Positions 38,775-48,707 of a DNA stretch of 64,000 bases are shown in pieces (position 1 is the stretch's first letter; each line of letters opens with the position of its first letter). This DNA comes from Pseudobdellovibrionaceae bacterium (GTDB lineage Bacteria; Bdellovibrionota; Bdellovibrionia; Bdellovibrionales; UBA1609): NCBI GenBank assembly GCA_025354795.1, contig JANXMF010000075.1, positions 3,161 to 67,160 of the forward strand, given 5' to 3'. The notes beneath the pieces are model-generated. The model worked only from the letters and a program-made list of their open reading frames with translations, ran no database searches and was not told the origin of the DNA. A program made the position numbers and the translations under genes.

Positions 38775-40072
38775 TGAAAGCGTACAGTTATAAGCCGATA
38801 TTTCAAAAGACGACGTTGAGTAACGGTGTGCGGGTGGTAACAGAAAGCCATCCGTTCACCCGCGCAGTCAGCGTCGGTGTCTTTGTGCAAGTGGGAACCC
38901 GCGATGAGCCGGAGAGCAAGGCTGGCCTTACGCATTTCCTTGAACATTTGGTCTTCAAGGGCACGCGCAAGCGTTCGTCGTATGAGCTGGCCAAGGCGCT
39001 CGATGCGGTGGGCGGGGAGCTCAATGCTTACACCACTCGCGAGTTCACCTGCTTTCACGCCACCTCGTTAAAAGAGCATTTGCCGCTCGGTTTAGATGTG
39101 GTCATGGATTTGGTCACGGGCGCGACTCTCGGCCTCGATGATTTTAAAAAGGAACGTGAAGTCATCGTGCAGGAAATCCAGATGTGCAAAGACAATCTGG
39201 AAGAGTATATATTAGATGTTTACCTTGAAAAAGTTTTTGCAGGCCAAGACCTGGCCATTCCCATTCTGGGTACCGAGGAATCGCTTGCGGCCTTGAAGCG
39301 GTCCGATCTGGTGCGCCACTATCAAGCCAATTTTACCGGTCCGCGCATCATTGTGAGCGTGGCCGGGCCTGTCGAGCATGATCAGGTCACCGAGATGGTC
39401 GAGAGGTCCCTGGGCCGTTTGAAGAGCCGCAATCGCACGCTCAAACGTAAGGTCCCGCGGGTGCGCCATATCGAAGAATTCATTCCGCGCCCGAGCGAGC
39501 AGGTGCATCTTTTGGTGGGGCTGCCCTCGTGCTCTTATAAATCTAAGTTTCGGTTTGAGTCTTATGTCGTCAATGACTTGTTGGGCGGCGGAGTGACTTC
39601 GCGTCTTTATCAGAAAATTCGCGAAGACAAGGGCTTGGTCTACTCGGTCTACAGTTATTTGCAGTCGTTTGTCGACTCAGGCCTTTTTCTCACCTATGCT
39701 GGAACGGCAGCGAAGAATGCCGCGCAGGTTTTGAAAATCATGAAAGCCGAACTGCACAAATTTGTCGATCAAGGTGTAAAGGCGAGCGATTTGGCTACGT
39801 TTAAAACTCAAGTGAAGGGCCAAATTTTGCTGGGCGCGGAGGACATGGAAAACCGCATGAATTCGCTTGGTATCAACGAAATGGTTTTTGGTCAGTATCG
39901 TCCGATTGACGAAGTGATTCAGGACATCGACGAAGTCAGCGTGCGCTCGACCCGTGATTACGTGCGCAAGTACTTCAATATCGACGAGATGTCGCTTATG
40001 ATTATGGGCGATTTGCAGCCCGCTGAGGCGCTCAAACTTCTAAATGTGTGGGGAGGCAAAAGTGGAAATTAG
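38774..40072 (+). CDS. M16 family zinc peptidase
   Basis: HFLEH inverted zinc motif, LNAYT.RE and SRLYQ.IRE..GLVYS. Confidence 0.93.
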   Translation: MKAYSYKPIFQKTTLSNGVRVVTESHPFTRAVSVGVFVQVGTRDEPESKAGLTHFLEHLVFKGTRKRSSYELAKALDAVGGELNAYTTREFTCFHATSLKEHLPLGLDVVMDLVTGATLGLDDFKKEREVIVQEIQMCKDNLEEYILDVYLEKVFAGQDLAIPILGTEESLAALKRSDLVRHYQANFTGPRIIVSVAGPVEHDQVTEMVERSLGRLKSRNRTLKRKVPRVRHIEEFIPRPSEQVHLLVGLPSCSYKSKFRFESYVVNDLLGGGVTSRLYQKIREDKGLVYSVYSYLQSFVDSGLFLTYAGTAAKNAAQVLKIMKAELHKFVDQGVKASDLATFKTQVKGQILLGAEDMENRMNSLGINEMVFGQYRPIDEVIQDIDEVSVRSTRDYVRKYFNIDEMSLMIMGDLQPAEALKLLNVWGGKSGN

Positions 40073-40667
40073 CCAGCTTAAAAAATCGATGCAGGAAATC
40101 GGCCGCGCGGTGGGCGCGATGGTCGAAGAAAAGTTGGGCGAGCGTTCGCATTTGGAAGACCAAGTGCGCGGCATCGCGAGACAAGTTGAGAAAATGGTGA
40201 GCGACACTTTGGGTAATTCGCGCTCGTCGGTGAATGTGCGTTTCAAACGGTTATCAAATTTTAAAGGTGAGCTTCCGAGCTATGCCACCGAAGGCTCTTC
40301 GGGCATGGATGTGCGCGCTTGCTTGGATGAAATCTTGATTCTTGAGCCGATGCAACGGGCTTTGATTCCCACCGGCTTAAGTGTGGAATTTCCAGCGGGC
40401 TACGAGATGCAAGTGCGCGCACGCAGTGGCCTGGCAATCAAAAAGGGCATTGGGCTGGTGAATGCACCGGGTACCGTGGACGCAGACTATCGCGGGGAGC
40501 TTAAGATTATTTTGGTGAATTGGGGTCAAGAGGCCGTGACCATTCAAGATCAAGAGCGCATCGCACAGCTGGTGATTTGTCCGGTGATTCGGGCGGAGAT
40601 CAGTGAGGCGACGGATTTGTCCTCGACGTCGCGAGCTGAAGGCGGATTTGGTTCGACAGGGGTTTAA
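40062..40667 (+). CDS. dut: dUTP diphosphatase with N-terminal extension
   Basis: SGMD, RSGLA, GTVDADYRGE, RIAQ and R..GGFGSTG motifs; GTG start after GGAGG. Confidence 0.93.
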   Translation: MEISQLKKSMQEIGRAVGAMVEEKLGERSHLEDQVRGIARQVEKMVSDTLGNSRSSVNVRFKRLSNFKGELPSYATEGSSGMDVRACLDEILILEPMQRALIPTGLSVEFPAGYEMQVRARSGLAIKKGIGLVNAPGTVDADYRGELKIILVNWGQEAVTIQDQERIAQLVICPVIRAEISEATDLSSTSRAEGGFGSTGV

Positions 40668-40690
40668 TCATCCCAACGCGCTAGAAACCT

Positions 40691-41311
40691 CTAGTCCTCA
40701 GTATTCAATTCCTTCTCCAAAATATCCAGCGACTCCGGCGTGGCTTTTTGCCGCAAGGTCTTGTGCTTCGTCGAGGTCTGAACTTGTTGGAAACCCCAAT
40801 AAAGCACGTGAATCGCCATCAGCCCTAGCAATATATTGCGCAGCGGTTTAACCGGCGCTCGCAATCTGTCCACGAAGCCTACAAACAAAAGTAGTAGAGC
40901 GGTGGCGCTCCCCAAAAGCATCAGCGGCGGTACCACAATGGCCGCGACACTCAAGATCAGTAGCGGGATAGTCGCGAACAACAAAATGATATAAATCTGG
41001 CGGTAAGAAACGGAGATCCTGAAAAACAAATCAAAAATGTAGTAAAAAAATCCTGCGGCGACCGCGAGTAGAATGTAATTGGTGATCGGAGCGAGGATCA
41101 AACCCGTTATGACCGCTACAAAATCCCGCGCCACCAAATTGGCGAGGGTCGAAATCGCGGCCGCAAACGCCGCCTGCAGAACCACGATGGTGGGCCATTC
41201 CCAGTCGGGAAGAGCGCGCATGGTTTGGATTGGATTTCTAAAAAAATGTGGCAGGATCACGATGTCTTCGCGAAGTTTGGTGCGCAGCTGGTCCCAGTTG
41301 ATCTTCATCAT
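40691..41311 (-). CDS. Yip1-like integral membrane protein
   Basis: FF.NP motif followed by about five TM helices. Confidence 0.6.
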   Translation of the reverse strand: MMKINWDQLRTKLREDIVILPHFFRNPIQTMRALPDWEWPTIVVLQAAFAAAISTLANLVARDFVAVITGLILAPITNYILLAVAAGFFYYIFDLFFRISVSYRQIYIILLFATIPLLILSVAAIVVPPLMLLGSATALLLLFVGFVDRLRAPVKPLRNILLGLMAIHVLYWGFQQVQTSTKHKTLRQKATPESLDILEKELNTED

Positions 41312-41329
41312 GTGTGCCGCTCTCGAGGT

Positions 41330-42013
41330 TTAGAAGGTGGCGTTTAAGCGCAAGCTCCCGTCCACCGACGATCTATCGAATGTATCCGAACCAATCGCCG
41401 CGCGATAGGAAATCTCAGGCCCGAACGTCAAAATCTTAGAGATTTTGCGTTCAACGCCGAGGAGAAACACCGAAGAAGGGCTAGTGTACTGAGTTGTCGA
41501 CCAATGACTATTGGCGTAAGAGTCCACCGTCAGGTAGCGCGCCGCTAGGCCCGCCCCAAGGCGCAGGTGCACATCATCCTGAAGGCGAGTGCAATAGACT
41601 AGGCGTAATTCAAATTCCTTAAGATCGGTTTTTAACTGGGGATTTAAATTTTCTTCGGCAAAATTGAGATAGGCACCTTCTGCGATCACCGATTTACTGA
41701 AAAGATTAATGCCGAAATTGACTTCGATACCTTTAAGCAGACCCGAGCCTCCCGCTTGATCGGGTCCGTTCACCGCGACCCAAGAGCCGGCCACCGCGGC
41801 ACCAGCGTGAATGGCAACATCTTCCCAATCATAGTCTTTGGTAGGCACAGTGAGCGGAGTTTCATTGGCGGAAGTTTTGAGGTCTTTGATGATCGCTTCG
41901 TAATTAGTAAACGAGCCGTCTTCTTCCGCCCAGACAAAGGCCGAGCTTGAAAGTAGCGCCAAAGCGATCCCGAGGCAAACAAATTTAGGCATGAAATGCT
42001 CCTTAGAGCCCAT
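41330..42013 (-). CDS. outer membrane beta-barrel protein
   Basis: Signal peptide, alternating beta strands, C-terminal LRLNATF. Confidence 0.65.
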   Translation of the reverse strand: MGSKEHFMPKFVCLGIALALLSSSAFVWAEEDGSFTNYEAIIKDLKTSANETPLTVPTKDYDWEDVAIHAGAAVAGSWVAVNGPDQAGGSGLLKGIEVNFGINLFSKSVIAEGAYLNFAEENLNPQLKTDLKEFELRLVYCTRLQDDVHLRLGAGLAARYLTVDSYANSHWSTTQYTSPSSVFLLGVERKISKILTFGPEISYRAAIGSDTFDRSSVDGSLRLNATF

Positions 42014-42082
42014 CCAAGAGGACTCTATTTATTCTATCAAAACTCGCCTTTCGGAAAAAGCGCCAGAGAGTAGAATAAGACT

Positions 42083-42544
42083 ATGGCTCTATTTTCTCGA
42101 CTACATGACCGGCGATATTGTGCATTTTGTAAGGTTTTGCGTCGGGTTTACGTCAAAAAACATGTCGACGTGACCAATGTCGTGGGCGCGATCTTGTTTT
42201 CGACCAGCTTGGCATACACGGTTTGGGGCGAGCCCGATCCCCGCGGACTAGTCATATTTTGTTTATTTATCGTCGGCTCCGAGTTTTTTGTGTATGCCCG
42301 CTGGCGCACGGCCATCAAATGCAAAATGTGTGGTTTTGATCCGATCCTTTATAAAAAATCGCAGGCCTTGGCTTCTTTGCGCGTGCGTGAGTTTTTCAAT
42401 GAGCAGGTCGAGAATCCTGAATTTTGGCTGACCAAGTCGCCGCTGCTGAGAGTGCAAAAGGGCATTCGCCAAAATGAAAAAAAGGCGATTGAGATGCAGA
42501 TCATGGCACGACGATCTTCGTTGCCGCAGTCCAAGTCCCCGTGA
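42083..42544 (+). CDS. hypothetical membrane protein with two CxxC motifs
   Basis: CAFC and CKMC flank two TM helices. Confidence 0.6.
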   Translation: MALFSRLHDRRYCAFCKVLRRVYVKKHVDVTNVVGAILFSTSLAYTVWGEPDPRGLVIFCLFIVGSEFFVYARWRTAIKCKMCGFDPILYKKSQALASLRVREFFNEQVENPEFWLTKSPLLRVQKGIRQNEKKAIEMQIMARRSSLPQSKSP

Positions 42545-42559
42545 TAGACTTTTGAGGTC

Positions 42560-43255
42560 ATGCAAACTCTCATCGTGATTCCCACTTACAACGAAAGCGA
42601 AAACATTGCGGCACTCGTGCCTGCGATTTTGCAAACGACGCCTGATGTCGAGATCCTTGTAGTGGATGACAATTCACCCGACGGAACCGGCGATGTGGTG
42701 CGCAAGCTTAGCGCCAACAATACGAAAATCCATTTGCTCTCGCGCCAGGGCAAAGAGGGCTTGGGCAAAGCCTATCTCGCGGGTTTCAGATGGGGGCTCG
42801 AAAAGGGTTACGGCATGATAGCCCAGATGGATGCCGATTTTTCCCATCGTCCTGAAGATCTTAAGCGGCTGCTCGAGGCATTGCCTGAATTTGATTTTGT
42901 GATGGGATCGCGCTGGGTGCCCGGCGGGCGAACCGTCAATTGGGGCTTCGGTCGCAAATTGATCAGTCGCGGCGGGTCTTTTTACACGCGTCAAATTTTG
43001 CGTTACCAAGTGCGCGATTGGACCGGCGGGTTTAACGCGTGGAAGGCCGCCACATTATTAAAGTTGGGCTTGGATTCCGTGCGCTCGGAAGGATATAGTT
43101 TTCAGATTGAATTAAAGTATAGGGCGTTAAAACTTGGTTTTCGCAGCAAAGAAGTTCCCATCGTGTTTGAAGACCGCCGAGTGGGGCAGAGCAAAATGTC
43201 TTCGCACATTGTTTTTGAAGCTCTCTATCGGGTTTGGGGTCTGCGCGGGATTTAG
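42560..43255 (+). CDS. polyprenol monophosphomannose synthase-like GT2 glycosyltransferase
   Basis: IPTYNE, VDDNSPDGT, MDADFSH.P and R..G.SKM motifs. Confidence 0.92.
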   Translation: MQTLIVIPTYNESENIAALVPAILQTTPDVEILVVDDNSPDGTGDVVRKLSANNTKIHLLSRQGKEGLGKAYLAGFRWGLEKGYGMIAQMDADFSHRPEDLKRLLEALPEFDFVMGSRWVPGGRTVNWGFGRKLISRGGSFYTRQILRYQVRDWTGGFNAWKAATLLKLGLDSVRSEGYSFQIELKYRALKLGFRSKEVPIVFEDRRVGQSKMSSHIVFEALYRVWGLRGI

Positions 43256-44195
43256 CGTTAATGCGCAGTCACCAGAAGCCATAGTCAGTTCTTCTAATTG
43301 GACCAAGGCCACTGTAATTACCGATGGCGGCTCGGTTTATAGCAAGCCCGATTTTGATTCCCCTGTTGTCGACTATCTCCCTTTTCATGCTAAAATTTGG
43401 GTCACCAAAAAAGCCATCCAGGGCGGCGGCGGTTTGGGATTTTTTCATTTCGTGCGCTATAAAGCCAAATCCGGCTACATGGTCGACACCGACATTCACA
43501 TGTTGAAAATCAAATCGGGGAAAGAAAAGCAGCCTGACGACCCTAAAGAGGCGGCCAAGGTGACTGAGCCGGAGAAGGCCAAAGAAGCGGAAGCTCCGAA
43601 GGAAAAACCCAAAGAAAAACCCAAAGAAAAAGTCAAAGCCAAAAGCCACGCGAGGAATAAAGGCAAGAAGGACGAGGACGACGAGTCCGACAGCAAAGAT
43701 CCGCTATATTTTAAACGCTACATTGGCGCGGCCATCTCGATGGTTGGGTTCACTGAGAAATTCTCAGGCCATCAGTATTCAGATCAGATCTTGATGTACG
43801 GCCTGCGTATGAGCGGGCCAGGGACGTTGTTCGATGGACCGCCGTTGGATTTGAATATTTGGGCATCCATGCAGAGTCCGAAATACTACACGTATTTCGC
43901 CGACTCGGCGCCCAAAGGCTTTTTGATTTTCACTGATTTACTGGCCGTGTTGCCGCTCTACGAGTGGAAAACCACCATGATCACCTATGGGCTAGGTGTG
44001 ATGCTAGTTTACACCAACTACAAAGTGACTATCAAAAAATCGGTTTTTGATTCGCAAGAGGTGCGTATTGGCGCGGCGTTTGACGCCGGCGTGACCCAGC
44101 GCTTGGGCAAATATGCGATGAAGCTGGATGTAAAATATTATTACGAGAAGAGCCGATATTTTGCCTATATCGGCAGTTTTCAAACGGAGTATTGA
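43134..44195 (+). CDS. exported protein: SH3-like domain, charged linker, probable C-terminal beta-barrel
   Basis: VY.KPDFDS.V SH3b-like segment, Lys/Glu-rich linker, strands ending in Tyr; true start is probably downstream of 43134. Confidence 0.55.
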   Translation: MVFAAKKFPSCLKTAEWGRAKCLRTLFLKLSIGFGVCAGFSVNAQSPEAIVSSSNWTKATVITDGGSVYSKPDFDSPVVDYLPFHAKIWVTKKAIQGGGGLGFFHFVRYKAKSGYMVDTDIHMLKIKSGKEKQPDDPKEAAKVTEPEKAKEAEAPKEKPKEKPKEKVKAKSHARNKGKKDEDDESDSKDPLYFKRYIGAAISMVGFTEKFSGHQYSDQILMYGLRMSGPGTLFDGPPLDLNIWASMQSPKYYTYFADSAPKGFLIFTDLLAVLPLYEWKTTMITYGLGVMLVYTNYKVTIKKSVFDSQEVRIGAAFDAGVTQRLGKYAMKLDVKYYYEKSRYFAYIGSFQTEY

Positions 44196-45943
44196 ACGTG
44201 AAAATTCAAGTTCTCGCATCCCATGTCATTGATCAAATTGCCGCGGGTGAGGTGCTCGAGCGCCCCGCGAATCTGGTGAAGGAACTGGTGGAAAACAGTC
44301 TCGACGCGCAAGCCAGTCAAATCGATGTGACTTTCGAAGCGGGGGGACGCCAGCTTTTGGTGATCGACAACGGCCTCGGCATGACGCATGAGGATCTGCA
44401 GTTGGCGATTCACCGCCATGCCACGAGTAAAATCACCCACAGCGAGGATCTCTTTAAACTAAACAGTTTCGGTTTTCGCGGCGAAGCTTTGGCGAGTGTG
44501 GCGGCCGTCAGCCAACTGACGCTAACGGCGCGCGCGCGCGGCTCGGACCAGGGTTACCGTCTGCAAAATCATTTTGGCCAAGCCGGATCGCCGGCTCCGC
44601 TCTCGGCGTTGGAGGGCTGCGAAGTGCGCGTGACCGAACTTTTCGGCAACGTCCCCGCGCGCCTTAAATTTTTAAAATCAGATGCCGCTGAGAATGGGCA
44701 GATTAAAAATACCCTCAAGGCGCTGGCTCTAGCGCATGAGAGTGTCGGTTTCAGTGTGCGCTCCAAAGGTGAACTGCTCTTTCATTGGCCGGCTCAGCAG
44801 AGCTTCAAGGCGCGGGGTCAATTGGTGTTGGAGAATTCTGAATTGTTCGAAGGCGTCTATGAATGCGACGGCTTGCGCGCTGAGGTCTTGGTCAGTTCGC
44901 CCAAAAACGTCGGCAAGCTCAATCGCAATATGTGGTTTTTCGTACAGAACCGATGGGTACAAGATCGCAGTCTGGGCGCGGCGGTCATGGAAGCCTATCG
45001 CAATCTACTGATGCATGGTGAGTATCCAGCGGCTGTGGTGCGATTGTTCCTGTCACCTGAGGACGTGGACGTGAATGTTCACCCGGCTAAGTCGCAGGTG
45101 AAATTTCGCGACCCGCAACTGGCGTTTCGCGTAACGTGCCGGGCGGTTCGCGCGGTTTTAGAAAAATCGCCGTGGCTCAAGCAACAGGAAGATTTTGTGC
45201 CCGCGGTTCGTGCTGCAGCACCGGCGACTCCCACCGATTCCGACAATTTTAAATTTGAAGGGCGCGAGTTCGAACGCACGCAATATGCCACCAAGTCTTT
45301 TGCCGTAGCACAGGTGCGTGAGGTGCTCGAGCCCGTTCGCGGCACTTTAGAGGTTTTCCGCTGGGGGGACTTGCAAGTCATCGGACAACTCAACCACACA
45401 TACATTGTGGCGCAGACCGCGGAAGCGCTTTATTTAGTGGATCAACATGCGGCGCACGAGCGCGTAGTGTTCGAACGTTTGATGGAGAGTTTCAAAAACG
45501 GAAATATTGAAGTGCAAAATCTGTTGATGCCCTTGGTCTTCGATTTTCCGCGTGAAGAAATTGAAACCCTGCTCGCCCACCGCGAAGCTATTTCTAAGCT
45601 CGGAGTGAGCCTTGAGCAGATGGGGCCTGAAAGCATAGCGGTGCAAGCGATCCCCGTAATCGTCAAAGAAGCAGCGGTGAGCGAAGCGCTTCATAAATTG
45701 GCCTATGAAATGGCGAATTCGATCGGTGAGTTGGCGTGGGAAAAGGCGGTGGGCGATATCTTGGCTTCGATGGCTTGCCATTCGGTGGTGCGCGCAGGAC
45801 AAGCTCTGAGTGCAGGCGAGATGCAAAGCCTGCTTCAGCAGATGGATCAATATCCGCTCTCCAGCTTTTGTCCGCATGGACGCCCGGTGTTTAGCAAGCG
45901 CCGATTGGCCGACATCGACCGGGAGTTTGGCCGCATTGTCTAA
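44192..45943 (+). CDS. mutL: DNA mismatch repair endonuclease MutL
   Basis: IAAGEV.ERP, GFRGEAL, DQHAAHER and CPHGRP motifs. Confidence 0.97.
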   Translation: MNVKIQVLASHVIDQIAAGEVLERPANLVKELVENSLDAQASQIDVTFEAGGRQLLVIDNGLGMTHEDLQLAIHRHATSKITHSEDLFKLNSFGFRGEALASVAAVSQLTLTARARGSDQGYRLQNHFGQAGSPAPLSALEGCEVRVTELFGNVPARLKFLKSDAAENGQIKNTLKALALAHESVGFSVRSKGELLFHWPAQQSFKARGQLVLENSELFEGVYECDGLRAEVLVSSPKNVGKLNRNMWFFVQNRWVQDRSLGAAVMEAYRNLLMHGEYPAAVVRLFLSPEDVDVNVHPAKSQVKFRDPQLAFRVTCRAVRAVLEKSPWLKQQEDFVPAVRAAAPATPTDSDNFKFEGREFERTQYATKSFAVAQVREVLEPVRGTLEVFRWGDLQVIGQLNHTYIVAQTAEALYLVDQHAAHERVVFERLMESFKNGNIEVQNLLMPLVFDFPREEIETLLAHREAISKLGVSLEQMGPESIAVQAIPVIVKEAAVSEALHKLAYEMANSIGELAWEKAVGDILASMACHSVVRAGQALSAGEMQSLLQQMDQYPLSSFCPHGRPVFSKRRLADIDREFGRIV

Positions 45944-46874
45944 GTACTATCCGTTTATCCTGGTGGTGGGTCCGACCGGCGCCGGAAAATCGGCGCTGGG
46001 TTTGCGCCTAGCGGAAAAATATAAGGCCGCGATATTAAACTGTGATAGTTTACAAGCCTATCGGCGTCTCGACATTGGCACTGCCAAACCGTCGCTTCAG
46101 GAGCGGGCCCGGGTTCCCCATTTCCTGTTCGATGTTTTAGAACCCGGCGCGGAATTCACCGCCGGTGATTTTCGCCGTATGGCGCTTGAGGTGCTCGAAC
46201 GCGAACTGCGGTCGGCCCCGGTGATCGGTGTGGGTGGCAGCGGATTTTATATCCAGGCCCTCGAAAAGGGCATGTACGATGTGGTTAAACCCGATCCTGA
46301 GATTGAAAAAAAATTGCGGGCCGAACTTGCTTCTGAGGGGCTGCCGTCAATGTACTCGCGTCTGCAGAATCTCGATCCGGTCCATGCCGAAGTCTTGAGT
46401 CCCAATGACTCCTATCGGATTCTGCGAGCCCTAGTCATTATCCAAGACAGCGGTAAAAAAGTGAGCGAACTGCGCGCCGGAATGCCGGTGATCGAATTTC
46501 CATATCCGCTTTTCAAGCTTGGTCTCGCGCCCTCGCGGGAGTGGCTGCTTCCGCGCATCGTGCAGCGAACGCAAGAAATGTTGCGACGAGGAATGCTCGA
46601 TGAGGTCCGGGCACTGCGCGCGGAGGGCTTCGGGACTTGGCCGGCACTCAAGAGCATCGGCTACCGCGAATGCGGAATATTTTTAGACGGAAGCTTGGCC
46701 GAGATTCAGCTCGCGCCCCTGATCGTCGAAAAAACCATGCAGCTCGCGAAAAAACAAAAAACTTGGTTTAAGCGCGATCAACGGATTCGCTGGCTCGGCG
46801 TAGACAACCCTGAATCCGAGGCCTGCGCTTTCTTGACAGACACCGCTAAAATCTCCATCATAGCCGAGAGGTGA
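45936..46874 (+). CDS. miaA: tRNA dimethylallyltransferase
   Basis: GPTGAGKS, DS.Q.Y..LDIGTAKP and AKKQ.TW motifs; TTG start inferred. Confidence 0.95.
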   Translation: MSKYYPFILVVGPTGAGKSALGLRLAEKYKAAILNCDSLQAYRRLDIGTAKPSLQERARVPHFLFDVLEPGAEFTAGDFRRMALEVLERELRSAPVIGVGGSGFYIQALEKGMYDVVKPDPEIEKKLRAELASEGLPSMYSRLQNLDPVHAEVLSPNDSYRILRALVIIQDSGKKVSELRAGMPVIEFPYPLFKLGLAPSREWLLPRIVQRTQEMLRRGMLDEVRALRAEGFGTWPALKSIGYRECGIFLDGSLAEIQLAPLIVEKTMQLAKKQKTWFKRDQRIRWLGVDNPESEACAFLTDTAKISIIAER

Positions 46875-46878
46875 GTCG

Positions 46879-47751
46879 ATGCGCAGTATGACGGGTTACG
46901 GTACGAGCCAAAGTAAAAACCGCCAGCTGGAAGTCGAAGTCCACGTCAAGTCCGTTAATGGCCGTTTTCTCGAAGTGCGCTTCCACCTTCCCAAAGAATA
47001 CTCGCCGTTCGAAAATGATCTGCGCCGTGTGTTTAGTGGCTGGGAGCGTGGCACAGTCGATGTCTACGTGCACCGCCGACCCGGCGCCGAAGTGCGTATG
47101 CAAACCGTACATATTCGCGAAAAAAATGCGCGCCATTGGAGCGTGCAACTCAAAAAGTTAGCAAAAGAATTAAAGGTGAGCCAGGACCTTTCGTTGCGCG
47201 ACATTTTGCAAATGCCATTCGTGATGGAACATCAGGACCGTTTGAGCCTGCTCCCCGGCGAGTTGAAATTTGTCGAAACTCAGTTGCGCAAAGCCGCGGA
47301 CAAGTGTCAGGAATTTCGCGCCCGCGAAGGGGGTATGTTGCAAAACGAGCTTCTCGCACAACTGAAAGATCTTGAGGCAGCCACCAAAAGCATGGAGGGC
47401 GGGCGCGCGGAATCGATGGCTGGCCTTGAGCAGCGACTCAAGTCCAGACTGTCGACGCTGGCAACCGAACACCTGGACGCCGCGAAATTGGCCTTGGAAA
47501 CAGCGCTAATGATCGACAAAATGGATGTACGCGAGGAGATCGTAAGGCTCACCGAACACATCAGGGCTTGCCGCGACCTGATTGATGACGGTGAGGCCAA
47601 GGGCAAGAAACTGGATTTCTATTGCCAGGAGTTACTGCGCGAGGTGAACACCATCGGTTCCAAAGCGCAATTGGCCGCGCTCACTCAGGTGGTGGTGCAA
47701 GCCAAATCCGTAATCGAAAAATTCCGCGAGCAGGTGCAAAATATTGAATGA
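46879..47751 (+). CDS. yicC: YicC/YloC family endoribonuclease
   Basis: MRSMTGYG, SVN.RFLE, RE.NTIGSK and REQVQNIE motifs. Confidence 0.93.
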   Translation: MRSMTGYGTSQSKNRQLEVEVHVKSVNGRFLEVRFHLPKEYSPFENDLRRVFSGWERGTVDVYVHRRPGAEVRMQTVHIREKNARHWSVQLKKLAKELKVSQDLSLRDILQMPFVMEHQDRLSLLPGELKFVETQLRKAADKCQEFRAREGGMLQNELLAQLKDLEAATKSMEGGRAESMAGLEQRLKSRLSTLATEHLDAAKLALETALMIDKMDVREEIVRLTEHIRACRDLIDDGEAKGKKLDFYCQELLREVNTIGSKAQLAALTQVVVQAKSVIEKFREQVQNIE

Positions 47752-48320
47752 ACACCGCGGATCCTAAATTGCTTTTGATTATCGGTCCCACCGCCGTTGG
47801 CAAGTCCACTCTCATTGAGCGGGCCCTGGTGGATTTCTCCGTTCTTGAGGATATAGTCACTTACACCGCGCGCCCCATGCGCGCGGGAGAATCCGAGGGG
47901 CATCCGTACCATTTCATCAGCGAAGAGCGTTTCAAAGAGCTGATCGCCCAAGGCTTTTTTATCGAATGGGCCCTGGTCCACGGTCGCCACTACGGCGTGG
48001 GTCGCGATCAAATTCAGACGGCGCACACGCGCAGCAAGATCTTGGTGGTCGACATCAACGTTCAAGGCGCTAAGACCGTGATGCGTGAATTCGCCACTGC
48101 GGTCTCCGTTTTCATTCAGCCGCCCGCAATTGATGCGTTGCGAAATAGGTTTATCAAGCGGGGAATCACCGATCACGAGGATCTGGCTCGGCGACTGAAA
48201 AGTGCCGAGCTCGAGCTGGCCCAGGCGTGCGACTTTCACCACATCATTATCAACGATGATTTTGACTCTGCCTACGGCCAACTGCGAAAAATCATTGAAA
48301 AATTAGAGAAAAATCAATAA
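47748..48320 (+). CDS. gmk: guanylate kinase
   Basis: GP.AVGKST, T.R.MR.GE..G..YHF and DINVQGA motifs. Confidence 0.93.
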   Translation: MNTADPKLLLIIGPTAVGKSTLIERALVDFSVLEDIVTYTARPMRAGESEGHPYHFISEERFKELIAQGFFIEWALVHGRHYGVGRDQIQTAHTRSKILVVDINVQGAKTVMREFATAVSVFIQPPAIDALRNRFIKRGITDHEDLARRLKSAELELAQACDFHHIIINDDFDSAYGQLRKIIEKLEKNQ

Positions 48321-48364
48321 GGTAACAAATTCAGTTCATTGTCTGGTTGAACGAGGAGTTGCGC

Positions 48365-48607
48365 TTGGCACGAATCACAGTTGAAGATTGTTTGGACAAG
48401 GTCCATAACCGTTTCGCCTTAGTTTTGCTTGTGGCAAAACGCACCAAGCAATTGATGAAGGGCGATGAATGCCTGGCTCCGGGACGCAATAATAAACATG
48501 TGGTCAATGCCCTACGTGAAGTGGCGGCGGGCGCGGTTTACTTTGATACAACGGATCCCGAAGGTTTGACTCCAGACCAGCAGGTACAAAGCGATCTTTC
48601 GCGCTAA
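48365..48607 (+). CDS. rpoZ: RNA polymerase omega subunit
   Basis: [15 protein letters not shown] and ALREV motifs; TTG start after GAGGAG. Confidence 0.95.
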   Translation: MARITVEDCLDKVHNRFALVLLVAKRTKQLMKGDECLAPGRNNKHVVNALREVAAGAVYFDTTDPEGLTPDQQVQSDLSR

Positions 48608-48707
48608 ATTTTTGGATTTTCCTCTCGAGTTCACGCCGGAATCTTCCGTGTAATACTTAAGGTGATATTCAAATGATTGTGATGGTCCAAAAAGCGAAAG
48701 CGGAGCG

